Assembly (NCBI GenBank): GCA_047602405.1
Contig: JASGHJ010000002.1
Location: 2,848,001 to 2,912,000 of the forward strand
DNA: 64,000 nucleotides
Direction of reading: 5' to 3'
Source: Anaeromyxobacteraceae bacterium
Lineage (GTDB): Bacteria; Myxococcota; Myxococcia; Myxococcales; Anaeromyxobacteraceae
A model generated the notes under the pieces. It was not told where the DNA came from. It made no database searches and saw only the letters and a list, made by a program, of their open reading frames with translations. Within the stretch, counting starts at the first letter, position 1. Every line of letters begins with the position of its first letter. The translations under genes were made by a program, and so were the position numbers. This document shows positions 28,762 to 43,113 of the stretch, one piece after another.

Positions 28762-28852
28762 GGGCTAGGCCCCCCGGCCCCCGGCTGCGCCGGGAGCCCC
28801 CGCGACACGCCGGCTGATTCCGTCGGACTGCCGTGTTAGAGAGGGGCCCGCC

Positions 28853-29890
28853 ATGGCCTCCTCCAACGTCACCGCTTCGAAGCTCCCGACCTTCGAGCTC
28901 GTCCTCCGGAACTACAAGAACTTCAACGCCCGGGCGACCCGGGACGCGCTGCTCGCCTACTGGCGGCACGTCGAGTCCGGCGGCCGGATGTTCTGGGCCG
29001 TCGCCGGCGCGATGTCCTCGGCGCAGCTCGGCATCACGATGGCGCCCGCCATCCGGGCCGGCCTCATCCACGGCCTCTCGGTGACCGGCGCCAACCTGGA
29101 GGAGTCGCTCTTCCGGCTCGTCGCCCACCACGCGTACAAGGACTTCCCGGACTACCGCTACTTCACGAAGGAGGACGACACCCGCATCCTCGAGCAGCGG
29201 ATGCGCCGGGTGACCGACACCTCCATCCCGGAGGACGAGGCGTTCCGCGCGGTCGAGAAGATCATCGTCCCGATGTGGACCGAGGCGACCGCGAAGAACG
29301 GCCGCCGCTTCTGGCACGAGTACTTCTACGAGCTCATCCAGAAGATCCCGGCCGCGGCCTACGAGGGCAACCCCGAGGAGTGCTGGCTGCTCGCCGCCGC
29401 GAAGGCGGGGCTCCCCATCGTCGTCCCCGGCCACGAGGACTCCACCTTCGGCAACATCTTCGCGTCCCACGTGAAGACCGGCGAGTGCTCGCCCCTCATC
29501 GTGAAGTCGGGCATCGAGTACATGGCCGCCTTCTACGACCAGTACGAGACCCTCTCCGAGGGCAAGGGCGTCGGCTTCTTCCAGATCGGCGGCGGCATCG
29601 CCGGCGACTTCCCGATCTGCGTGGTGCCCTCGATCAAGTACGACCTCTCGAAGCCGGTGAAGCCCTGGGCCTACTTCTGCCAGATCTCCGACTCGACGAC
29701 GTCCTACGGCTCCTACTCGGGCGCGACCCCGAACGAGAAGATCACCTGGGACAAGCTCACGAAGGACACCCCGATGTACGTGGTGGAGTCCGACGCGACC
29801 ATCGTGGTCCCGCTCATGCTGACCGCGCTCCTCGAGGCGAAGGCGCACCCCGCCGAGGCGAACGCCCTCATCAAGAGCGCAGGCTACTAG
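28853..29890 (+). CDS. Deoxyhypusine synthase-like protein
   Basis: AGAMSSA, TGANLEE, EDST.GN, IGGG, SYSGATPNEKITWDKL, ESDATIV. Confidence 0.9.
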   Translation: MASSNVTASKLPTFELVLRNYKNFNARATRDALLAYWRHVESGGRMFWAVAGAMSSAQLGITMAPAIRAGLIHGLSVTGANLEESLFRLVAHHAYKDFPDYRYFTKEDDTRILEQRMRRVTDTSIPEDEAFRAVEKIIVPMWTEATAKNGRRFWHEYFYELIQKIPAAAYEGNPEECWLLAAAKAGLPIVVPGHEDSTFGNIFASHVKTGECSPLIVKSGIEYMAAFYDQYETLSEGKGVGFFQIGGGIAGDFPICVVPSIKYDLSKPVKPWAYFCQISDSTTSYGSYSGATPNEKITWDKLTKDTPMYVVESDATIVVPLMLTALLEAKAHPAEANALIKSAGY

Positions 29891-29919
29891 CTCATCCGCA
29901 GAATCGTCGGCATGCGGTA

Positions 29920-30588
29920 CCGTGGGAGCCAAACGGGCCTCCGCGACAGCGCTTGCTCGGACGGGTTTGAGACGGAACAGATCGCCGGAACCGTTGCTGT
30001 TCCATGGCGGTGACCGCCGCAGCAGGCCTGCGCGCGAGTTGCGCGTGTCGACGCCGTGCGCTGCGCGCACGTCGCCGACACACGCCCTCGTCACTTGGCC
30101 TGCATTGCTAGGATCCTGGTGGCCGTACCTCGCCCGTCGCTCGCTGCGCGCTGCTGCGGAGGCCCGTTTGGCTCTCGGGCGTGGTGGACTGACGTCGGCC
30201 GTAGATGCCGGGTGCCGATGAACGACTAACGATGGGCGATGGCCATTTGGCAGTTTGCCCGCCGCATCTTCTTCACCATCAGTTCCGCACTTGCACCCCA
30301 GCACCATCGGCCGACCTCAGTCCGCTCGTTCCGAGGGCGAAACGCGCCTCCGCAGCGGCGCGCAGCGAGCGACGGGCGAGGTTCCGTCCCCACATCTGGG
30401 CATTGCAGGCCAAGCGACGAGGGCGTGTGACGGCGCCTTGCGCGCAGCGCAAGGCGTCGTCACGCGCAACTCGCGTGCAGGCCTGCTGCCACGATCACCG
30501 CACTGCAACAGCAACGGTTCCGGCGATCGACACCGTCTCATACCCGTCCGAGCAAGCGCCGTCGCGGAGGCGCGTTTCGCCCCCACGG
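29920..30588. repeat. Long fold-back intergenic element, copy 1 (unit A forward, spacer, unit B reverse)
   Basis: 29920-30178 is an imperfect reverse complement of 30331-30588; a second copy lies at 41779-42437. Confidence 0.9.
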
Positions 30589-30601
30589 CAACGTTCGTCG
30601 T

Positions 30602-31120
30602 CTAGAGCTTGCCGGGAAGCTTCTTGGTGAGGTCCTCGAGCTTGCGGACCTGCTCGGGCAGGACCGCCTGGACGAGGTTGTGCTCGCGGGCGAGCGAGGC
30701 GAACTCGCTCGTCGACGCCCTGGCCCCGATCCACGGCAGGGCGTCGCCGGCGATGGCGATGGCGGAGAGCGCGACCCAGGCCGCCACGAGCGCCTTCGCG
30801 CCGGACAGGACCGCGCCGAGGGCGCGGTCGGCCGGGGCGCGCACGGCCCGGGAGAGGGCGGTGCCGCGGAGGGCGGCCGCGCCGAGGAGGCCGAGCAGGG
30901 AGGCCGCGCCCGCGAAGACGAGCGCCGGGGCCGCGGCGCGTGCCAGGGCGGCCGGGAGCGCGTTCTCGAGGCCCGCGGCGATGGGGGCCGCGAGGATCCG
31001 CGCGGCCAGGGCGGCGAGCACGTAGGCGACGAGCTGGATCACCTGCCGGAGCGCGCCCGACCCGGCGCCCGAGAGGGCCGCGACGAGGAGGAGCGCGAGG
31101 ATGACGAGATCGAGGGCCAG
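30602..31120 (-). CDS. cvpA: CvpA (colicin V production) family membrane protein; start codon unclear (CTG at 31120)
   Basis: LDLVILALLLVAALSGAGSGALRQV...ADRALGAVLSGAK. Confidence 0.75.
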   Translation of the reverse strand: MALDLVILALLLVAALSGAGSGALRQVIQLVAYVLAALAARILAAPIAAGLENALPAALARAAAPALVFAGAASLLGLLGAAALRGTALSRAVRAPADRALGAVLSGAKALVAAWVALSAIAIAGDALPWIGARASTSEFASLAREHNLVQAVLPEQVRKLEDLTKKLPGKL

Positions 31121-31127
31121 GGGCGGC

Positions 31128-31694
31128 TCACTTGATCTTGAAGCCGTCGGCCTTCGATCGGCCCTTGTCGAGCTCCTTCTCGACCTGGGCGAGGAGCTCC
31201 TTGAACTTCGCGTTCTGCGGCTCGTACATGAGGGCCGAGCGGAGCTGGCGGGCGGCGGCGTCCCAGCGGCCGGCCTGCACCTCGGTCACCGCGGAGGCGT
31301 AGAACTTCCGGCCGTTCGGGGTGGTGCCGTACTGCTCCTCGACCCGCTTCTTCGCCTGCTCCTTCACCTGGGCCTCCTCGGCCTCGGTGAAGCGGAGCTT
31401 CTTCGCGCGGTCGGGCCCCGTGACGTCGGCGAGGTACCGGGTGCGCTTCTGGTCGTCGCGCAGCACCGTGTACGCCTCGTTCACGCGCCGGTAGATCCTG
31501 CCGACCACCTCCCGCAGCTCCGCCGACGGGTGCGCGGCGAAGCGGTCGGGGTGGAAGGCGCGCGACTCGCGGTAGTACGCCTTCTTGATCTCGGCGGGCG
31601 TGGCCGAGTGCGGGATCTTGAGGACGTTGTAGTAGTCGAGCTGGTCGAGGACGGTCGCCAGGGTCTCGGCCTCGATGAGGAACTGCGCTTCCAT
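31128..31694 (-). CDS. J-domain (DnaJ-type) protein with TPR-like C-terminus
   Basis: DYYNVL...IKKAYY...FHPD...VNEAY.VL.D. Confidence 0.92.
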   Translation of the reverse strand: MEAQFLIEAETLATVLDQLDYYNVLKIPHSATPAEIKKAYYRESRAFHPDRFAAHPSAELREVVGRIYRRVNEAYTVLRDDQKRTRYLADVTGPDRAKKLRFTEAEEAQVKEQAKKRVEEQYGTTPNGRKFYASAVTEVQAGRWDAAARQLRSALMYEPQNAKFKELLAQVEKELDKGRSKADGFKIK

Positions 31695-31718
31695 GGTGTC
31701 GGTGCGCGGCGGGCGCGC

Positions 31719-33332
31719 CTAGGCGGCCCGCACGTCCTTGGCGAGCTCCATCTCGGCGTTGGCGTCGGCGGCCTTCGAGATGTCGTCCTCGGAGAGGCCG
31801 GAGGAGAGGCTGATGGTCGTGGAGGTCTTCTGGCCGGTCTCGAGGTCGGTGGCCGACACGTTCACGATGCCGTTCGAGTCGATCTCGAAGGTGACCTGGA
31901 TGGAGACCTCGCCGCGGTAGCCGACGCGGAACCCGGTGAACTCGAACTGGCCGAGGAGCTCGCACTCCTCCGCCTTGTTCGACTCGCCCTGGTAGACGCG
32001 GATGCGGACCTTGTCCTGGCCGTCGCGGCTCGTCGTGAAGGTCTTCGACTTCTCGATGGGGATGGGGGTGTTCTTGTCGATGATCTTCTCGGTGAAGCCG
32101 CCGACCGTCCCCACCCGCAGGGAGAGCGGCGTCACGTCGAGCAGGTAGCTCGCCTGGCCGTAGACCGCCGCCTCGCTGTTGAGGAGCGCCGCCGCCTGGA
32201 TCGAGGCGCCGAGGGCGACGACCTCGTCGGGGTCGATGCCGGTCATGGCCTCCTTCTGGAAGTAGTGGCGGACGCTGTTGCGGATGATGGGCAGGCGGGT
32301 CGGGCCGCCCACCAGGATCACCGCGTCGATGTCGGCGGCGGTGAGGCGGGCCGACTGGAGCGCCTCGTCGCAGACCTTGAAGGTCCGCTGCACGAGGTCC
32401 ATCACCATCCGGTTGAACTGCTCCTGCTCGAGGTGCTGGGTGAGGTCGAGCACCTGGCCCTCCGGGGCCTGGCAGATCCCCTGGACGAAGATCTCGGCCT
32501 TGCCGTGGCGGCCCACCTCGATCTTCGCGGTCTCGCCGGCCTCCTTCAGCATCTGGAGGCAGTACTTGTTCTGGCGCAGGTCGAGGCCGTGCTTCTGGAG
32601 GAAGTCGTCGGCCAGCCACGTCATGATGCGATCGTCGAAGTCGTCGCCGCCGAGGTAGGTGTCACCCGCGGTCGAGAGCACCTCGAAGACGTCCTTGCCG
32701 ATCTCGAGGATCGAGACGTCGAAGGTGCCGCCGCCGAGGTCGTACACGCAGATCTTCTGCGAGATGTCCTTGCCGAAGCCGTAGGCGAGCGCGGCGGCGG
32801 TGGGCTCGTTGATGATGCGGAGCACCTCGAGCCCGGCGATCCGGCCGGCGTCCTTGGTGGCCTGGCGCTGGTTGTCGTTGAAGTAGGCGGGGCAGGTGAC
32901 GACCGCCTTCCTCACCTCGCGGCCGAGCGCCGTCTCGGCGATCGCCTTCATCTCCTTGAGGACGAGCGCGGAGATCTCCGGGACCGCGAAGCTCTTCCCC
33001 TTCACCTGGACCCGGACCGAGTTGTTCGGGCCCTCGACGATGCCGTACGGCATCACCGCCTGCGCCTTCTTCACCTCGTCGGAGAAGAAGAAGCGGCCGA
33101 TGAGGCGCTTCGCCGAGTAGACGGTGTTCTCGGCGTTCGTGATGATGTTCTTCTTGGCGTTGTTGCCGACGAGGACCGTGCCGTCCTCGAGGAACGACAC
33201 GCAGGAGGCGTGGGTCCGCTCGGCCCACTCGTTGAGCAGCACCTGGGGCGGCGCGCCCGCCTCCGTGACGGCGGCGACGCAGCTGTAGCTCGTACCGAGG
33301 TCGATGCCGATCGCGATGCCGTCGTCGCTCAT
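31719..33332 (-). CDS. Hsp70/DnaK-family chaperone lacking the C-terminal lid region
   Basis: [46 protein letters not shown]; about 537 aa. Confidence 0.95.
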   Translation of the reverse strand: MSDDGIAIGIDLGTSYSCVAAVTEAGAPPQVLLNEWAERTHASCVSFLEDGTVLVGNNAKKNIITNAENTVYSAKRLIGRFFFSDEVKKAQAVMPYGIVEGPNNSVRVQVKGKSFAVPEISALVLKEMKAIAETALGREVRKAVVTCPAYFNDNQRQATKDAGRIAGLEVLRIINEPTAAALAYGFGKDISQKICVYDLGGGTFDVSILEIGKDVFEVLSTAGDTYLGGDDFDDRIMTWLADDFLQKHGLDLRQNKYCLQMLKEAGETAKIEVGRHGKAEIFVQGICQAPEGQVLDLTQHLEQEQFNRMVMDLVQRTFKVCDEALQSARLTAADIDAVILVGGPTRLPIIRNSVRHYFQKEAMTGIDPDEVVALGASIQAAALLNSEAAVYGQASYLLDVTPLSLRVGTVGGFTEKIIDKNTPIPIEKSKTFTTSRDGQDKVRIRVYQGESNKAEECELLGQFEFTGFRVGYRGEVSIQVTFEIDSNGIVNVSATDLETGQKTSTTISLSSGLSEDDISKAADANAEMELAKDVRAA

Positions 33333-33509
33333 GAGGTCGGTGGGTGATGGCGTGGTGAGCCAGCGATCACGCCGGTTTAGGGATCCTAGCGGCCGGGTCT
33401 CGACCCTGTCAAACACGTGGCCGCGCCTTCGTTCGCCCGACGGTGCGTGCGCGCCCGTGGGATGGCCCTGTCACCCCGATCCGTTATTACATTCGGACCT
33501 GGGAGAACC

Positions 33510-34400
33510 ATGGGCGCGCTCGTCGCCGTGCTCCAGACCGATGCCAGCCTGATGCGGTGCCAGCTGGCCCGCCTCGCCGCCCACGTGACGCTCGGCGGCG
33601 TCTCGTCCGGCGGCAGCTCATCCGGCGGCAGCTCATCTGGCGGCACGGCCCCGGCCGACCCGCCCCCGGACGCGTACGGCTTCGGCTACTACGAGGGCGG
33701 CAGCGTCCTCCTCGGCCACCGCCCCTCCGGCGCCGCGTCGCCCCTCGGCCTGCCCGAGCTCGTGGGCGACGTCGACTCCGAGGCGCTCCTCGCCCACGCG
33801 CGCCGGGCCACCGTCGGCAAGGCGCGCGAGGAGAACACGCACCCGTTCCGGCACCACCAGTGGCTGTTCGCCCACGACGGCACGATCTCCGGCTGGACCG
33901 AGGTCAAGCCGCGCCTCGTCGCCGCCCTGCCGGACTTCCTCCGCCGGTCCATCGGGGGCGATACCGACTCCGAGCACGCGTTCATGCTCTTCCTCGACCA
34001 GCTCCGCGCGGAGGGACGGCTCGACGACCCGGACCTCGAGCCGGCCGCGGCCGCGCGGGCGCTGGGGCGGACGGTCAGGGCCATCGAGGCGCTCGCCCGG
34101 GAGGCAGGCGAGCAGCGCCCGAGCCGGCTCGTGCTCGCGGCCACCAACGGCCGGCTGCTCGTCGCCGCGCGGCGGGGCGGGCCGCTGTACTACGCGCTGT
34201 TCGAGGGCCTGCTCCCCTGCCCGCTCCACGGCCTCGGCGTCGACGCCACCGAGAGCCAGCCGGCGTTCCGGCAGCACCGCGCGGTGAAGGCGGTCTGCTT
34301 CGCGAACCGGCTCACCTCCTCGAACGGCTTCATCGAGGTGCCGGAGGGCAGCGTGGTCGCGGTGGGGCGGAACCTCTCCGTCTCGGTCTCCCCGATCTAG
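33510..34400 (+). CDS. Class II glutamine amidotransferase-like (EgtC/YafJ-type) protein without N-terminal Cys
   Basis: AHARRATVG..REENTHPFR..WLFAHDG, GDTDSE. Confidence 0.82.
   Translation: MGALVAVLQTDASLMRCQLARLAAHVTLGGVSSGGSSSGGSSSGGTAPADPPPDAYGFGYYEGGSVLLGHRPSGAASPLGLPELVGDVDSEALLAHARRATVGKAREENTHPFRHHQWLFAHDGTISGWTEVKPRLVAALPDFLRRSIGGDTDSEHAFMLFLDQLRAEGRLDDPDLEPAAAARALGRTVRAIEALAREAGEQRPSRLVLAATNGRLLVAARRGGPLYYALFEGLLPCPLHGLGVDATESQPAFRQHRAVKAVCFANRLTSSNGFIEVPEGSVVAVGRNLSVSVSPI
33606..33645 (+). repeat. 15-bp in-frame tandem repeat (TCCGGCGGCAGCTCA, about 2.7 units)
   Basis: Read directly; encodes SGGSS repeats. Confidence 0.8.
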
Positions 34401-34409
34401 CGACGCGGT

Positions 34410-35453
34410 TCACGCGCCCCAGGGCCGGGGCACGTACAGCTCCTCCCAGGTCGAGATCGCGAACCGGTCGGTCATCCCCGACAGCCAGTCCACGACCGCC
34501 CGCCCGAGCTCCTCGGGATCGCGCCCGGCGAGCCCGGATCGGGCGGAGAACCGCGCGGGATCCTCGAGGCACCAGGCGTGCAGGTCCTTCAGGATCCGCT
34601 GCGCCTTCACGAACTCCTCGTGCACGACGGGGTTCTCGTAGACGCGGGCGTAGAGGAAGTCGCGGAGCGCGAGGAGCGCCTCGTGCACCGCGGGCGACAG
34701 CGCGATGTGCCCGCCGCCGTCGACGTCGGAGGTCTGGATCACGTCGTGCACGAGCGTCGCGAAGCGCTGCGAGTGCGAGGCGCCGAGGGTGGTGCGGATC
34801 CCGGCCGGGAGATCGCCCTCGCCGAAGAGCCCGGCGCGGAGCGCGTCGTCGAGGTCGTGGTTGACGTACGCGATGATGTCGGCGAGCCGGACGATCTCCG
34901 CCTCGAGCGTCAGGGACTTCTGCCCGCCCTGGAGGAGCACGTTCCCCTTGCCCTTCGAGTGACGGAGGATCCCGTCGCGGACCTCGGCGGTGAGGTTGAG
35001 CCCCTCCCCGTCGCGCTCGAGCACCTCGACGACGCGGAGCGACTGCACGACGTGGTGGAAGCCGCCGGGGACGAGCGCGTTCAGGGCCCGCTCGCCCGCG
35101 TGGCCGAAGGGCGTGTGCCCGAGGTCGTGCCCCATCACCATCGCCTCGACGAGCATCTCGTTGAGCCGGAGCGCCCGGGCGATGGAGCGCGCCACCTGCG
35201 CCACCTCCAGCGTGTGCGTGAGGCGGGTGCGGTAGTGGTCGCCCTTCGGGGCGAGGAACACCTGCGTCTTCCCCGCCAGGCGGCGGAAGGCCTTCGAGTG
35301 CACGATGCGGTCGCGGTCCCGCTGGAAGGCCGGGCGCTCGTCGTCCTCCCGCCAGGGCCGCTCGCGCCCCTTCGACCGCGACGACCGGGCGGCGCGCGGG
35401 TGGAGCGTGCGCTCCTCGAGCTCTTCCAGCATCTCGCGGATCGTCTGGGCCAT
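34410..35453 (-). CDS. dgt: Deoxyguanosinetriphosphate triphosphohydrolase-like HD protein
   Basis: FQRDRDRIVHSKAFRRL..KTQV, RTRLTHTLEV, GHDLGHTPFGHAGE, ADIIAY..HD.DD. Confidence 0.93.
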   Translation of the reverse strand: MAQTIREMLEELEERTLHPRAARSSRSKGRERPWREDDERPAFQRDRDRIVHSKAFRRLAGKTQVFLAPKGDHYRTRLTHTLEVAQVARSIARALRLNEMLVEAMVMGHDLGHTPFGHAGERALNALVPGGFHHVVQSLRVVEVLERDGEGLNLTAEVRDGILRHSKGKGNVLLQGGQKSLTLEAEIVRLADIIAYVNHDLDDALRAGLFGEGDLPAGIRTTLGASHSQRFATLVHDVIQTSDVDGGGHIALSPAVHEALLALRDFLYARVYENPVVHEEFVKAQRILKDLHAWCLEDPARFSARSGLAGRDPEELGRAVVDWLSGMTDRFAISTWEELYVPRPWGA

Positions 35454-35473
35454 GCCTGGCTCCTTACCGCCGG

Positions 35474-36265
35474 TCACCCGTAGAAGCTCGCCTCGAGCGT
35501 GGCGAGGAAGAGGTTCGACGCCGCGTGCACGAGCACCGGGGCCGCGACCGACCCGGTCCGCGCCCGCAACCAGCCGAACAGGAGCCCCGGGAAGAAGGTG
35601 GCGAGCCGCCAGGGCTCGAGCACCACGAGGTGCCCGGCCGCGAAGAGCGCCTGGGTGGCGAGGAAGCCCGGGCCGAGCCGGGCCCCGAGGAGCGTGCGGC
35701 CGGGGCCGGGCACGGCCCGCGCCCAGGAGGTCTGCATCCAGCCCCGGTAGAAGAGCTCCTCCGGCAGCGCCACCACGAGGAGCTGCACCGGGATGCGCCA
35801 GAGGAGCCCCTCCGGCGCCCGCCAGGTGAACGCGGCGGGCGCGCCGTAGGGCGCGAGCGCGTGGGCGAGCGCGGGCGGCAGGGACGGCAGCGCGCGGGAG
35901 AAGGCCCAGAAGCCGAGGCCGAAGAGCGGGAAGACCACCGCGCAGGTCCCGAGCGCCCAGAGCGCGCCGCGCGCCCAGTCCCGGCGCACCACCGGATCGC
36001 CGGGCCCGGTGCCGGGGAGCCCGAGGCGCTCCCAGCCCTCGCCGCGGAGGCGGAGCCGCCGGTCCGGGAGGGTCACGAACAGGACCGCGGCCACCCCGGC
36101 GAGGTTCGCGCCGAGGAGGCCCGTGGGCTCGACGAGCGAGAGGAGCTTCGCGCAGAGGATGCCGCCGACCGCGAGCAGCCACGTGCGCACGAGCACGGGC
36201 GGCGGATCGGCCGGGCCGGCGGCCTCGTCGGGGTGGGTGCGCGCGTCGTCGGGTGGGACGGCCAC
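35474..36265 (-). CDS. CPBP (Abi/CAAX-type) glutamic intramembrane protease, probable myxosortase
   Basis: EELFYRG, FAAGH and HAASN motifs; the Hsp70/GATase/dgt neighbourhood resembles what I recall for M. xanthus MXAN_2755 (mrtX). Confidence 0.8.
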   Translation of the reverse strand: MAVPPDDARTHPDEAAGPADPPPVLVRTWLLAVGGILCAKLLSLVEPTGLLGANLAGVAAVLFVTLPDRRLRLRGEGWERLGLPGTGPGDPVVRRDWARGALWALGTCAVVFPLFGLGFWAFSRALPSLPPALAHALAPYGAPAAFTWRAPEGLLWRIPVQLLVVALPEELFYRGWMQTSWARAVPGPGRTLLGARLGPGFLATQALFAAGHLVVLEPWRLATFFPGLLFGWLRARTGSVAAPVLVHAASNLFLATLEASFYG

Positions 36266-36418
36266 GACGAGCGCATCTCACGCGCCCGACGGCGCGTCAA
36301 ACTCGTGTGCCGCGCGCGCGGCCGGTGTAGGCCGAGGTGCGCCGGGCGGGCCGGCCGTGGGTTCGGCGTACCCGGGAGCGCGTGCTAACCTGACGAGGTT
36401 CCACAGGGAGCCCCGCAC

Positions 36419-41737
<5,319 letters not shown>

Positions 41738-41778
41738 GGGGGCTTGCTCGTCCCGAGCTTCTCGGCCTGGCCGCGAGT

Positions 41779-42437
41779 CCGTGGGAGCCAAACGGGCCTC
41801 CGCGACAGCGCTTGCTCGGACGGGTTTGAGACGGAAGAGATTGCCGGAACCGTTGCCGTTCCACGGCGGTGATCGCGCAGCAGGCCTGCGGACCATGTGC
41901 GCGTGACGGCGTCGTGCGCTGCGCGCACGGCGCCGTCCTCGCGCGATGGTTCCTTGGCCTGCAATGCGAGATGTGGTGACGGTACCTCGCCCGTCGCTCG
42001 CTGCGCGCTGCTGCGGAGGCCCGTTTGGCTCTCGGGCGTCGTGGACGGCGGTGCGGCCGATACTGCTGGGGTGCTGGTGAACGACTAACGGTAGGTCACC
42101 CGCCGTCCGTCACCTCATCGGAACCATCAGTTCATCACTCGCCGCCCAGCAGTATCGGCCGACCTCAGTCCGCTACCTCCGAGGGCGAAACGCGTCTCCG
42201 CAGCGGCGCGCAGCGAGCGACGGGCGAGGTTCCGTCTCCACATCGCAGCATTGCAGGCCTAGAGATGTGGGCGGGTGACGGCATGGCGCGCGCAGCGCGC
42301 TGTGCCGTCACCCGCATCTCAATCGACGGCCTGCTGCCGCCGATCACCGCCGTGGAACAGCAACGGTTCCGGTGATCGGTCCCGTCTCAAACCCGTCCGA
42401 GCAAGCGCCGTCGCGGAGGCGCGTTTCGCCCCCACGG
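41779..42437. repeat. Long fold-back intergenic element, copy 2
   Basis: 41779-42035 is an imperfect reverse complement of 42179-42437; first 56 bp identical to copy 1. Confidence 0.9.
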
Positions 42438-42540
42438 CAACGCACCGTCGACGACAAGGGGGGAACGAACGGCCAAGCGTGGGACGAACGGTTGGCCCCC
42501 ACGGCAGCGCACCGTCGACGACAGGGGAAACGAGCGGTTC

Positions 42541-43113
42541 TTACTCGACCACCCAGATCATCTCCCACCTGCGGCCCTCGCGGGCCGCAGGCACGGAGAG
42601 GATCACGTCCTGGAGCTGGCGGCGGGCGCAGTCGACCGCGCCGGGGTCCTCGGGGGGCGGCACGGGGACGCCCGCCGGGAACTCCTTCGGATCGTGCGCC
42701 GTGCCCTTCACCTCGACGACGCGCACCCGGCGGTCGAGCGACTCGAAGCCCAGGAGCAGCTCGGCGTGGAGGAGCCGGCACGGGCGCACGCGGTCGGCGT
42801 AGGCGTGGAGCGCCTCCTGGATCTGCGCCGTCCAGGCCTGGAGCGCGGCGGCGCGCTCGCCGAGGTCGGCGGGCAGCGTCTCCTTCGCGGTGCCCTCCCC
42901 GGGCTCCCTCGGCTTCGGGGGCGCCTCCCGCGGCGGCGGCGGGGGGCTGGCGTTCGGCAGCACGATTTGCGGCAGCGGCGCGGGTGCCGCGGCCTCGGGC
43001 GCCGGCGCGGCGCCGGGTCCCTTCACCGGCCCCTCGAGCGACAGCACGAGCCACACTCCGCCCGCGGCGAGGAGCACGATCCCTGCGAGGCCGGCGAGGA
43101 GCCCCTTCCTCAC
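42541..43113 (-). CDS. Hypothetical membrane-anchored protein with Pro-rich linker (TonB-C/AgmX-like architecture)
   Basis: N-terminal [14 protein letters not shown] linker, C-terminal domain with two Cys; GTGA overlap with the ptsG stop. Confidence 0.65.
   Translation of the reverse strand: MRKGLLAGLAGIVLLAAGGVWLVLSLEGPVKGPGAAPAPEAAAPAPLPQIVLPNASPPPPPREAPPKPREPGEGTAKETLPADLGERAAALQAWTAQIQEALHAYADRVRPCRLLHAELLLGFESLDRRVRVVEVKGTAHDPKEFPAGVPVPPPEDPGAVDCARRQLQDVILSVPAAREGRRWEMIWVVE

Noticed and set aside
29887..30630. Short ORFs inside the fold-back elements (MGAKRASATALARTG..., also around 41.8-42.4 kb)
   Set aside because: No RBS, frames are not preserved between the four units, and substitutions follow base pairing rather than codons.
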